From NCBI GenBank assembly GCA_052327205.1, contig CM126224.1, positions 28,706,001 to 28,770,000 on the forward strand: DNA of 64,000 nucleotides. Direction: 5' to 3'. The position numbers were made by a program, and so were the translations under genes. The notes beneath the pieces were generated by a model that saw nothing but the letters and a program-made list of their open reading frames with translations, was not told the DNA's origin and did not search any database. How positions within the stretch are numbered: the first letter of the stretch is position 1; each line of letters starts with the position of its first letter. Shown here piece by piece: positions 10,178 to 22,349 of the stretch. Source of the DNA: Somniosus microcephalus. Its lineage: Eukaryota.

Positions 10178-10570
10178 ACTACAACAACTCGCATTGATAT
10201 AGAATCTTTTTAATGGAGAAAAAAACATCCCAAGTTGCATCACAGACATGTAAATAGATGCAGGGCCAAAGGAGAGGATATTAGTAGGGGCACACAGGAG
10301 CTTGGTCGAAGAGGTGGGTTTTCAGGATGATCTTGAAGGAGAGGGGTAGGTGGAGAAGCAGCTGAATGGTAAGGTAAAGGGAAGGGGTGCACAAAAAGGC
10401 AAGAGTCAGGAATGGAAATTTGGGGCGGCGGGGAGAAACGTCTGGAGCTGGAGGAGCTTCTGAACATGGGGCGGGATGAGGCCATGAAAAGATTTAAACA
10501 AGGTTGAGAATTTTTAATTGGCGCCATTGGGCGACTGGGAGACATTGTAGATCAGCGAAGACAGGGGTGA
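10178..10570 (-). mobile_element. Degenerate L2-type LINE 3' fragment
   Basis: ACAACAACTCGCATT tail and purine-rich body typical of reverse-oriented shark L2 fragments. Confidence 0.45.
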
Positions 10571-12278
10571 CATAACAAAGGTGCTATGGAATTCATCCCT
10601 ACTACACCAATAGTCACACTTCCAGTTTAATATCACTTTTGTTCACTATTGTAACCGATTTTCTATTTAGTCTGCTACTCTACTCTTTGTTCAATGTGCC
10701 CTTAATTTCATATTCTCTCTATTAGCTTTTATTGGGGTAAATTGACAATCTAATACAAACTGTTATTGTGCTGTGACAGTGAAAATGTTTGGTTTTAGAT
10801 TTCACTCTGCAGAGTGGCCTACCTTATGCTGACTAACCTGGAAGAAACTGTTCAAAATGTTCTTCTGTTCTTTTCAACATTTTGGATATTTATTTGAACA
10901 TTTTTTATGTCTACCTTAGCTGTGATTTTAAGGCCCTTTTAATGTAGAATAATGCACAGCCCAGAGTTGTGTTGTCAATTTGGACAATTGATTCCAGTTA
11001 CTGTTTCTGAGAATCTGCTTTCATGAGATGAACTGATTGAACAATTTGGAAGCTCGATTAGAATTATGTTGTGGCCCATATAACTGGCATCAGAAAGTGA
11101 ATTACAGATACTCCTCCTGTTGTCAGGTGTGAATTATAGATACTGTATATGACGAGGCCTGCAACAACTGTCTACTATGTGTTGTCCACATATTCTTTGT
11201 TGTGTTGTAATTGTTTTAAATAACCTTGGTATTAAGCAAAGAGAGACAAAATTGTTTGTTTTGGCTTTGGCAGTTCGCTGTCATTTCCAATATAGTTGAA
11301 GACTAATTTTTAAATGTGTTTACAGCATTGTTGTGGCACCATACTGGCAGCAGTATGTATGTGGCATCTGTGTTGACAGCCTGACCCAAGGTCTATAACT
11401 TTGGAAGCTGAGGGACAGAGTTTGGATGTAATAGTGATACAGAGCTAAAAGTTGGAGAAACACAGAGCTGAAATTAGAGATAAAGCTAGAGAATATTAAG
11501 AGCAGAGATAAGCTACAGGCATAAAGCAGAACCAATAAAGAAAAAAGCAGCAATGGAGGGATAAAAATATAATTAATCAACGTGCAATGGAGAAATGTAA
11601 AGAAAGTGAAATGGAGCAGAAGCAAAAAAAGCCAAGGAAGTTGGTTTTAAAAATATTTGGAAAGAGGATGAGGCATAGGTGACCTCACTGTGAACTGCCA
11701 TTAGATCAACCTGTTGGCCAGTATATTGACGAGTATGGCATACATGCATAAATACATCTGTAATGAATGATGCACCCCATAAACATCTGGAATTCATTAG
11801 TTATTTTGGATAGTGACAACTTATTTCTTTCTATAACTTGGTCTAGGTTATTTTCTGTTGTGGAGAGTTGGTTGTACAGGTGAGGAAAATAAGGTAATGC
11901 AGAATAATGGGTGCATAATATCAAAGATACAACATTGCAGTGGGCTCCTTATGTCGAAAATCTGCAAATAATGCAAACGAACCTACATATTCTGATGCAA
12001 TAATGTGCAGTTACAAGCACATAATTTTGTTGAAAAAAGTTCATAAGAATAGTTCTTTTTTGGAGATCCAGTATATGCACCAACTTCACTGTATAATTAA
12101 TATAATTATGTTGAAAAATGAAAGATTTGTAAATTGCCGATAGCATTACTTTTAAAAGCTTATTTCCGGAAAATCTCTGAGTGGAGTTCAGCTATGCTGG
12201 TTCAGTGACAGGATTTGATTAGACGTCTTTATCTTATGGTCAGTTGAAAATACACTTCTGCTTTGTTCTCTCTTTCAG

Positions 12279-12398
12279 CCTTACAGTCAGCCAAGTTGGC
12301 CAGAACTTTACATTTGTACTCACTGACATTGACAGCAAGCAGAGGTTTGGATTCTGTCGCTTATCTTCTGGGGCCAAAACTTGCTTCTGTATCCTAAG
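12279..12398 (+). CDS. DENND1A: DENND1A coding exon (uDENN region), 120 bp, phase 2-2
   Basis: ttctctctttcag|C ... AG|gtgaga; encodes (S)LTVSQVGQNFTFVLTDIDSKQRFGFCRLSSGAKTCFCIL(S), nearly identical to DENND1A rather than DENND1B as I recall them. Confidence 0.95.
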
Positions 12399-13354
12399 GT
12401 GAGACCACAAAGGGTATATCCAACCATGGAAAACAACATTAGCCTCTGGTTTGTGACAAACATCACATTTTAGCTGACAGACAGGATTCTCGTATCCTTT
12501 CCCAACAGGTCATTGTACTAAGGGGTCAGCCCTAAGTGCATTGTTTTGGGGACAAGGACCCTCTGTGATTATGAGGCTCTTTCGTGTATAGTAGTTTCAA
12601 ATTTGTATTGGGCAATGGCCCCTTTTTAAATAAATAACGCAGGCTTCTTGGTATTGTTTAATCCTGCACTACACTTTGCTGAACCTACTTGCCTTCAGTA
12701 AAAACTGAAAAATTATAAGGACATTGTCTTCTATGTAATTATGCCCTATTTAGTTGATTTAATCCCTGTACAGACTCTGATCTATATTTAGGTTGGAGCA
12801 ATATGCATTCTGTACAGGACAGACCTATATTCCAGCTTGCAATGTTATCTTTTATTGCGACGTTGCGTTCTTAGAATAAAATGGACATGAAACAGATGTA
12901 AGTAAGTAAATATTTCAGCAAAGTTATAATGCTTTGAATTTGACACACAAATAAGGAGCAAGCTTTAAAGCTCTATTAATAACACCCAAAACTTAGTAAA
13001 GTACTGAAGACATTTACAGGATCAAACTGCTAGTGAAAGAATTGAACTGTTGGAATTCGCAATACTAGTTCCTAATAAAACTGTGTCAAATACTTCTGGT
13101 TGGTTTATTTTATGAAACATTATCAGAAAGAGATTCTGAAAGTTTAAGATCTGGCAGTAGCTCAAATTAGTTTCCTAAATTCTACAGCTACTGTAGCATT
13201 GCGACTTTAAAAACAATGATAAGAATACATTTGTTTCATTGTTTTGTGGCAAAAAATTGTGATTGCCAAAATTAGTTGCATAAAATGTGAAATATTTTTT
13301 CAATCTGGATGAAAAGGTAAATAAACAGCTAAGGATAATGTTTGATTAATAGTA

Positions 13355-13672
13355 CAGGAAACTTTGTATTATCCGGAGGTTAACTGTCCGGAATGCTCGA
13401 GCCACCGGCAAAAATCAGGAGCCGTTTCGTTAGTTTTTTTTCTTTTCGTTGCTTTTTTTTCCACCAGTCAGGCTCTGCAAGGTCTCGCAAGCGTCTCTGT
13501 AGCTTAGCAACAGCTTCAGCAAGGTGCGCCCGACTGTTTAGAAGCTGTTGCTAAGCAACAGTGTTTGTTGCCAGATACGGAGCTCAAAATCTCTGTTTCA
13601 ACATTGCCGCTGGTTTGTCCGGCAGTTTTGATGGGACGGCAACAGGTCGGTGCCGGATAGCACAGTTTCCTG
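13355..13672 (-). mobile_element. Tc1/mariner-type MITE, copy 2 (inverted relative to copies 1 and 3)
   Basis: TA|CAGGAAACTTTG ... AGTTTCCTG|TA; internal sequence is the reverse complement of 9082-9407. Confidence 0.85.
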
Positions 13673-13892
13673 TAATACTGTTTTTTGGTTAGTTACACAT
13701 TATCACATTATGAGCTTGTAATAATAATATCACAATTGCCAATCCTTCAGTGATTATTGAGTATCGCTGCATAAAGCCATCATCTGACGTGACACTTGGT
13801 ACTAGCAAAAATGAAACAAAATGAAAATAGAATAAAACTGTCACCATCAACTCCACAGTGAATTTTTTTTAACAAAAAAACTAGATTTATGA

Positions 13893-14987
13893 GTATGACT
13901 TCTAATCAGACCCTCCCTATCCATTTCTAAGAAGACTGTATTGAATCCCTTCATTTTAAAAAAAAAAATCTCAATTACGTCTCCTCTGAACTGGGGTTTC
14001 TTCAAAGTGAAAAATACCAACCCTTGTGCCCTATCTTTACAACCAGAGCGGTAAGATTTGATACAATCTTGGTCACCATGCTCTGCACCTTCTCCAGAGT
14101 CTCAATATTTTTCACGATGTACAGGGACCAAAACTGAACACGATACTCAAAGTGTGAATGTATAAGAGCCCACTAATGCATAAGCATAGTCCTCTTTGTT
14201 TTGTACTTGATGGTCCTAGCAATACAACCTAAAATCCTAATTGTTGTGCTTATAGTCTTCTCGCACTGTACGCAATGCTTTTCACACTGTACGCAATGCT
14301 TTTACAGGAAACTTTGCGATATCCGGCACCGACGGGACCGAGCTGCTGCCGATCTATCAAAACTTCCGGATAGACCAGCGCTAATGTTGAAGGATACGGA
14401 GGTTTTCATCTCCGTATCTGACAACAAACACTGTTGATTAGCAACAGCTTGTAAACACTCGGCCCGTACCTTGGAAGCGTCTCTGAAGCTGTTGCTAAGC
14501 TACAGAGACGCTTTCCAGAGCCTGACTGTTAATAAAAAAAAATAAAAAAAATAAAATGCTAGGAGAAGGAAAAAAAACCTAACCAAAACGGCTGCTGATT
14601 TCTGCCGTTAGATCGAGGTTTCCGGACATACAACCTCCAGATAAACCAACGTTTCCTGTAATGAGTAATTGACTCTTAGCCCAAGTCTGTTTAAATATTT
14701 AACCTTTAATGTGTACTCCTAATTTCAAGTGCATAACACCTAAATGACACCTACCATACATGGGGCCATTCACCTAACTTTCTAAATCAGCTTTTTAACC
14801 ACGGTGTGCATATTTGTAATACCGTATGACTTCTAATCAGACCCTCCCTATCCATTTCTAAGCAGACTATATTGAATCCCTTCATTATTTAAAAAATCTC
14901 AATCACGTCTCCTCTAAACTGGTGTTTCTTCAAAGTGAAAAATACTAACCCTTGGGCCCTATCCTTATAACTAAGAGCGGTAAGATT
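13893..14987 (-). mobile_element. Old CR1-like LINE 3' fragment, interrupted by MITE copy 3, with a ~165-bp duplicated segment
   Basis: - strand remnants of HFEYRVQFWS...LEKVQS; 13893-14058 repeated at 14824-14987. Confidence 0.6.
14305..14658 (+). mobile_element. Tc1/mariner-type MITE, copy 3
   Basis: TA|CAGGAAACTTTG ... GTTTCCTG|TA; same orientation as copy 1. Confidence 0.85.
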
Positions 14988-15399
14988 ATATAATTATATA
15001 TTATTCAATTATTTATATAACTGAAAGTTGTGTGTGTTACACATTAAATGTGTACATTATATTTTAAATTTGTAGCATGAATAAATTGTCAGGCTTTTCT
15101 GATTGACTCAAGTAACCACTATCTGTTAACTTAACCGTGCCATTTTGCTCAAATATAGTCATTTCTAAAAACCTATTAATGGGAAACGAGGAACTACGTA
15201 CAGCTAATCAAGTTGCTCAGATTGTTATCTAGTATTAGTAGCTACCATAAAATCTATATATGTACCTCATATTGCTCAATTGAAAAAAAACTGCTTTCAG
15301 GCATCATTTTGATTTCTGACTCATAAATATATAAATGACATTTACTTGGAATATTAAAACTTGTATCTAGGGCATGTTCATAATACCACACTTCAAAAT

Positions 15400-15642
15400 G
15401 TATGTCACATTCTTCGTCACACTTACTTGGCTGGCAGCAGTGTGACTGTTGGTTTTTCCCACTTTCCACATATTGGCGAATTGGGAGATATGGGCCCAAT
15501 TCCAGTACGGACCGCAGTAAGATTGCCCATAGGACCCTTACAACCAACCGACATAGGAAACGATCATCCCATTAGTCCAGGTTGGATTCGAATCCAGGTC
15601 CTAGTGGTGAAAAGCTGGTGTTTAACCTACTTCACCACTCTG
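15400..15642 (-). mobile_element. Old tRNA-derived SINE
   Basis: - strand head with B-box-like GGATTCGAATCC; extent approximate. Confidence 0.45.
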
Positions 15643-15993
15643 TTTGCTAGATGTAGTCTTCTGATTGGAAGTCAGATCCAGGGAAAAAAATAATTCTCTC
15701 AGGACAGCTGCCACCACAGTTTGTCATTTCCCTGGTGCAGTTGATCAGGTAAGCTGCTACTTTGCTTGAAGTCCACAGGATTTAATTTGAAAGTTCTGTT
15801 CCCTGCTCCCTGGCTCCTCTGTGTTTTGATGCTAGATCTTTTTACTGTGTTCCTCTCCGCAGTTTGGACAGGGACCACACTAACCATTTAACAAATGCAC
15901 TCTGGAGCTCAAACTACATATGAACAACACCACGGAAGATCAGTTAGAATATGTAAATTGATTTACAATTCCAAGGAATTTTCAGTAGTTTGT

Positions 15994-16024
<31 letters not shown>

Positions 16025-18755
16025 TGAAAATGATAGGCAGGTAAATAAATAAGACACAAGTTAGTAATCTGCAGTTAATGACATGGCAATACCACACTGA
16101 AGTGATAAGATGATATAAACCAAGAGAGCAAAGGTCACGTGATGTTTTATTGAAAACATTATCTCAATCTAAGTGTTTGTTGTTTTCTATGATGACAAGA
16201 AACCTAGTGTTTTTTTTTCTTCGCTTGTGTTTTTTTTGCTTTGTGCTCATGATGGTGGACAGCGATGGAAGCTAGGCATTTGCGATTGGATCGGGAGATT
16301 TGATGAGTAATGATACTGTACTTGTGATTTGACAAGCTTGTGATTTGAGGCTTTATTTTACAGACTGATGCAGAGGAGTGTTGGAGGATCTATTTATAGT
16401 TCAGGGTGATTGTAAATCCTATTGTGTTAGGCCATTCACTGCAGCACAAAATAAAATTGTATTATCAATTCCACCGTACAATTCTAATGTGTAATCTGTC
16501 CAGAGTCCAGTGCTATAAATGTGTACATTTGGAACACAGTTTGAAATTTAATAATACATTATCCTTATTAGTGTCATGCCCAAGTTACATATAAAGAAAC
16601 CTAAATTCAAATAATATTCCTAGAGCCTTCAAAATGTTTTCTTTTGAAAATGCCAATAAATAATGATTGGATAGTCACGTGCAATTATCATCAATTTCCA
16701 TCGTCTGGGATACAAAAGCAGCAGAAACTCTGTACTGCTCTTTATATGATGTCCATTTTATTAATTCTTTGTTAAGTGCTTGTTTACTAATTTCTGCTAC
16801 TTTTTTTGATTAAAAAATGTTGTGGCGACTCAGCCTTTTAATCATTACATTCTGTTCTAGTCTGCCATGCAATGTACTTTTACAGAGGAGAACTTTCTTG
16901 TTTAACCATCAGCTATGTCGTGCTGTCATTATTGATGCTGGGAGCTTATTTTATTTTACTATTCCACACTTGGCATTTTAATTGGATTATTGCAAGTCTT
17001 AAAAACTATGTGGCTCTCAGTGGGTTGCTTCAGAAGTTAGGCTGTTTAACAGCAATGTTAAAAGGTAGCATCCATCTTATGTGGTAATGACAAACAGCAT
17101 TCTGTGTTATTTCATAAATTGATGAATCCAGTATTTTAAATGTTTTTTGGTATTTTGTAGCTTTCGGTTGTTCCTACACCTATTCCAACCAAGAGGTTGA
17201 CTTGACCCGTGATTATTTCACTTCCCCACCAGGGTCCTTGTCATTGCCTCCTGGCAGCCCAGTTGAGCTCAAGAACTCAGTTTGTGAGAATCATGGTTGT
17301 GAGCCTAGGTACGAACACCCTGCAGTATACCGGTCACATGTACCATTTAGCTGCTTGACTTCTGTGATCTTATGGTTTGAATATTTAATTGGAATTGGGC
17401 AGTGTAATTGGAAACCCTTTTCAGAAACACTTTTAAATGGTTTCTAAATAATAATTAAGGCAGCATCCAGGTAGCTGACCATGTGATATTGATTTGATGT
17501 AATTATGTGACGTCGAGTAATTGGTACCCACTCTACATACTCATGCAATCTGCTGCACAAGTTATCATCTTGCCTTCATTTGAACTGGCGTGAAAAAGTA
17601 AGATTGTCTTTGTTTATGTTGTGCGTTTGTATCTCTTGACCGCCTTTCTCTACTGTGCTATGTTTCCCAGCACTCAAATCATTGTCCTCTGTCCCTTGTT
17701 CCTCCTACTCATGGCCCTGTTCGCCCCTGAAGCTGATGTGTTCTATCAATGAACCCTCACCAATCTGTTCCCTGGCACCCACCTCTTTCTATGCTTTGTC
17801 CCTCACCCCTCTATGTGCTGTGCTTTCTGCCCTCACCTGTTGAGCTCTGCTCCATGGCTTTCCCATGGTCTGTTCCCTGCCCCCTTAATGTTATGCTTTA
17901 TTTCCAAGGCCCCACTGTTTCCTATTCTCGGTCCCCCTCCCCATCTCTCTCCTATTTTGCAGTCGATTCCCTCCCACTGTGCTCTGTTTCTTCCCACCCT
18001 ACTTGCTGTATCCCTTGTAAATGGGTATACAAAAGTGTTTGTCTTGCGTATTTATCACTTGTGAATTGTCAAGAATGTATGTAAAAGAAGGGAAGCTGTT
18101 TTTTCTGATCTTGATAACCTGGCTGTTCACTCAAGAGAAAGAGCCAGGGATTTACAAGCAGCTGCCAATCTACACAAACTTCCTTCAACAAGTAGCCTCT
18201 AATTGACCTCAGGCTGGTCTGACTTAAACTAGTACCCCACAGGGAATACCTGAGAAATGGCCTTAAAGGGCACGTGGGGTTAAACAGGCTTCCTTCATTG
18301 CATCTAAATACCACACCCCAGATTACCCATGAGCAATGCCACAGGACAAAAGCCATTTGCCTTTAAATGAGACACTTTTATAAGACCATGTTTTTTTTTA
18401 AAAAAAGGTTGCCCTGAAATATATGGTCAAGTTCATGTTTCTTCTCATTTCAAGCTGAACTGAAAGGTACGGAATAAACAAGTTAAAACCAAAATTACTC
18501 AAGACTTCAGTTCATGCAATAATGAGATGTTTAGTTTTGAGAATACTTCATGTTCCAGCCTTCTCATTTAAGTTGGAAAAATTTAAATAATCTGATTGGG
18601 TAGTTCATTCCTCTGACTATTTTCACTGCTACATCAACTGTGTTTCTGGAGCAAGATCAGTATTAGTGTCATGCTCTATGTATTTGGATTTAAGAAGATC
18701 ATAGTAAATGTTAAAAGTAGAATACTATTACCCTTTTTATCTTCTCAAGTAAAAT

Positions 18756-18959
18756 TCCAAAGATGTGCCGGTTAGGATGATTGGCTATGATAAATTGACC
18801 CTTAGTGTTAGGGGGATTAAATACGTGAGGTTACAGGGATAGGGTGGGATATGTGTTGGTGTAGGAGTTATGATGGTCGGGTGGGATATGTGTCAGCGCA
18901 GGCTCGATGGGCCGGAATGGCCTCTATCTGCACTGTGGGGTTTCTGTGATTCTGTGATT
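18756..18959 (+). mobile_element. 5'-truncated HE1/V-SINE
   Basis: Matches the 3' half of 47354-47663 and ends in the CR1-type tail GGGCCGGAATGGCC...GATTCTGTGATT. Confidence 0.8.
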
Positions 18960-21900
18960 ACATATTGTTTTTCAAATGTGCCCATTGTAATCAAAAATAC
19001 TTGAAAGCAACCTATTACTGTGACCTAAATAGCTTTTAGTTGGTAAAGAAAGGCAAATTTCTATCAGGAAATACAAATTTTCAAAATTGTAAATATTTTT
19101 GTAACCATGTTTAATTTAAATTTAAATATTTTATGTTAAGAGTTACATTGTCCATAGTTCTGGAATTCTAAAAATTCTGCTAAGTCAGTATTTAGAGGGG
19201 TGTGCATTTTGGTTAGCTGTGGTATGTGTATATTAGTATCATTTATATATTAACAGATTGGGAGTTTGGGGCTCTTTAAATAGCATTTATCAACATTCAG
19301 CGTGCTCTTGCCAGTGCTTGATTTAAGCATCTGGTGTCTTGTGATTGTTTTCAATTAACAAATACACAATAGTTGGCATACGTACTCCAAACGAAATGTT
19401 ATATGTAAACAACTGAATGAAAAATGTACCAAAGGTTGGCTTTGATAATTGAGAGGAAATTTTATAAATAAGTTCACTTTTCCCCTTTACTGTATATAAG
19501 AGCCAGTGAATTCCCTTAAGCAGTTCTTTTTACTAGTACAGGTAACTGCTGTCATAAATTGAGAAGGCTTCTACATTTTTTTTTGGATGATGGTAGCACA
19601 GGATCGTATTGTAAAAGGTGCAGGAACAGTAGGTACCTCCATCTGTGACATATCTGATGTACAGTATTCAGTGGAAGTGTTAATCTGGTTAGCAGAATAT
19701 GTTACACTTAGTGTCACTCTCTTTATTTGGAATGCTCTTTTTGTTTTTGTCTGTGTGCTATCCTATGTTTTCTTTTCCACTGGGCCTCTTTCTCCGAGAG
19801 CAGAGGGTGCAAAGTGAGAATTTTTTTTAATTGAGCAGAAACATGTGGAAGATCAGGGATATCTCGGGGGATTACTGAAAAATTCTGAATTTGTACTTAT
19901 TGCAGTCTGTGTTTGGAACAGGGTCTGCTGGGAATAAATGTAGTTAGTGTGACCTCTGACCCAAGAAACTGTTGACATGGATGACAGCCAGAAACTGGCC
20001 ACAGAACGCCTTTGTTAAGCTCATTCATTGCTCCTTGAAAATTCTAGTCAGTGTAAGTTGCCAGCTCAAATCTAAGGAATGCAGAGCCCTCGTTCCCATG
20101 CTTTGGAAACAGAGGCTGCCCCTTAACCAGCAAGACTTCTTTAATGGGAGTATGTAGCCGTAAGCTGAATTGAAATTGACAGTTTCCTGGCTTAAGATTG
20201 CCAACTGGCAAACCAGTGAAACGTGGGGACAAACAAGGCCCTTTAGGGACCCAGGCCACTGTTTGCATATAGACAGCACAACATTAACTCTTCAGCCATT
20301 GTTGTGTCCCTCAACATTTAAACCGATGCAGTGCTAGAGATTTCTGGCCACACTTTTAAGAAAAGGAAGCCACTTTGCTAAAATTGGAAATGTTAAGGGT
20401 TTTACTGAAGGAAAAAAACGTTAGAATTCTACAAAGCTATATTTTGGTTTGATTAAAAGCTTTTGAGATGGAAACTTTGTATGAAGCTAGAACTTAATGA
20501 CATAAAAGCCGTAGAATCAATTAATGGCCACCTAAAGAGATTCAACTGTGTCAAACTAAACAGAACATACCAGAAATTCTAATATTAAGGACTGTGTTGT
20601 TTTACCAATCTGAAAATAAATGCATTAAATTTACTGCATTCTGAGCACATTTTGTGTATTGACTTGAAGGGTTTATTTTGGCCACTTAGAGTGTATATCA
20701 TCGTCCTGTTGAATGGTGTCTGCACCTCTATTTATTACTGTACTTATAGCTAATCTGTATGATGGAGTAATTATGCATTTTATTATAATTGGGTATTAGC
20801 AAAATGTCATTGCTCAGTATCTGCCATATGAAATGTCTTTGAAGCTCTGGAGTGAAGAAATTCTGCACCATGAATATTTGCATGTCGTTAATGAGGTGCA
20901 AGAACAAGAACAGCACAACTGCAGCACTGAAGTTAGCATTCAGTCCTAGAACTGAGTCAGTGAAAGAATTTTGAAGAACAGTGTGATTGAGTTTTTCCCT
21001 TTGTTTCACAATGGTATGGCCCTGCAATGCACACTTTTAAGTTTAATCATTAAAAGTTTTCATGAGTTAGAAAATAATTTCAGTAATTGGTAATTTATCA
21101 TAATGAAAATATTGACCTTGACAGAAGAATGTGAATTATGAGGTAAATGTCACCTTTATGAAGCCTAGTTTGAATTCTGGAAATAAGCTGTTGTATTAAA
21201 GGACAGAATTAGAAAGAATATCATAATACGGCAGGGTATTCAGCAACATTTATTAAACCAGCTGGGTGTTCGTGCTATTAGAATTGCAATGTTTTGATAA
21301 GTCCTGTAAGTAAGAGCTTTTGACACACATCATACCAGTGGAATCATTTCAGTTTAAAAAACTTTTGGATTGAAATCTTGTGATAAAACCAAACAAGGAT
21401 TTACCTCACAAATCATCAGCTATTTTACAAGAACAGTGGGTGGTTTTAGAGATTTTGAACAGGATCTAATGCAAGGGAATATGTCCAAGATACTGCTCGT
21501 CTGATAGGATCTGTTGATTTTCCAGTTCTCGGGTCTTCTGTGGCATGCATTAAATAGGATTCCTAGCATTTAATATATTAATACATTAAGCACTAAGATT
21601 TAAGTATATTTAATTTAATTTGAGATTGTCTTTATTATTTAAAATGTGTTGCTCCAAATGAGTCTGCTATGGTGCACGTTTTGGTAAAAGGTATATTTAG
21701 GATCTACTTTGAAAGACTGGAGAATTGGAAAACTGGGCAAATGTAATAAGATCTATCATACTTTTGCTCTGAAGTGCTAAATTACTATGATACATACAAT
21801 GACCCTTAACTGGCCACATTTATTGATCCTGTAGGTTTTAATTGTGCAGCTGTTTTTGAATTAGTATGGAGTTTATTAATATTGTTAGCTAAATAACGAA

Positions 21901-22273
21901 GAGTATGGTTTAAGGCCAAGAAGGAAATCTAATGGACCCTTAATCTAAGCCCTTTGATGTACCGCCACCTCTAATATCACAAGACTTGCTATACTTTCCT
22001 TTCGAATAGACAGTATACATATAAGCCCACTTTATAGCAGCTTTGCCCTCTCCCAGTTGCACATGTAATTGTGCAATCCTGAAAGGCATATACTTTACTA
22101 TTTCCATTGGCTTTATGGACCCCAATCATGAGGCAATAGTGTACCATCAAATATTTTTTTTAAAGTCAAGAAATATGCAGTTGGTCATTGTATAACTGTT
22201 ACTGTCAGTACAAACTTGAATAGGAAACATATACAACTTCTGTAGATGGTATAATTTAGGCAATCAGCAATAT

Positions 22274-22349
22274 GGGGAAGATTTTCAACTTACTGTCTCG
22301 GCATAAAACTGGCACTCCAAACCAGCACACCTAGTTGAAAATGTACCCC
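22274..22349. mobile_element. Minimal ~76-bp TIR element
   Basis: GGGGAAGATTTTCAACT ... AGTTGAAAATGTACCCC (15/17 inverted match), possible ATG duplication. Confidence 0.55.

Noticed and set aside
11320-12150. Exon-like - strand segments with splice-like signals
   Set aside because: No recognisable protein similarity or consistent frame
17161-17308. Possible 148-bp cassette exon (ttttgtag|...CCTAG|gtacga)
   Set aside because: In the DENND1A frame it stops after 13 codons and has no homology support; could only be a poison exon and needs RNA-seq
17650-18010. Overlapping Pro/Ser/Cys-rich ORFs
   Set aside because: Pyrimidine-rich low-complexity sequence
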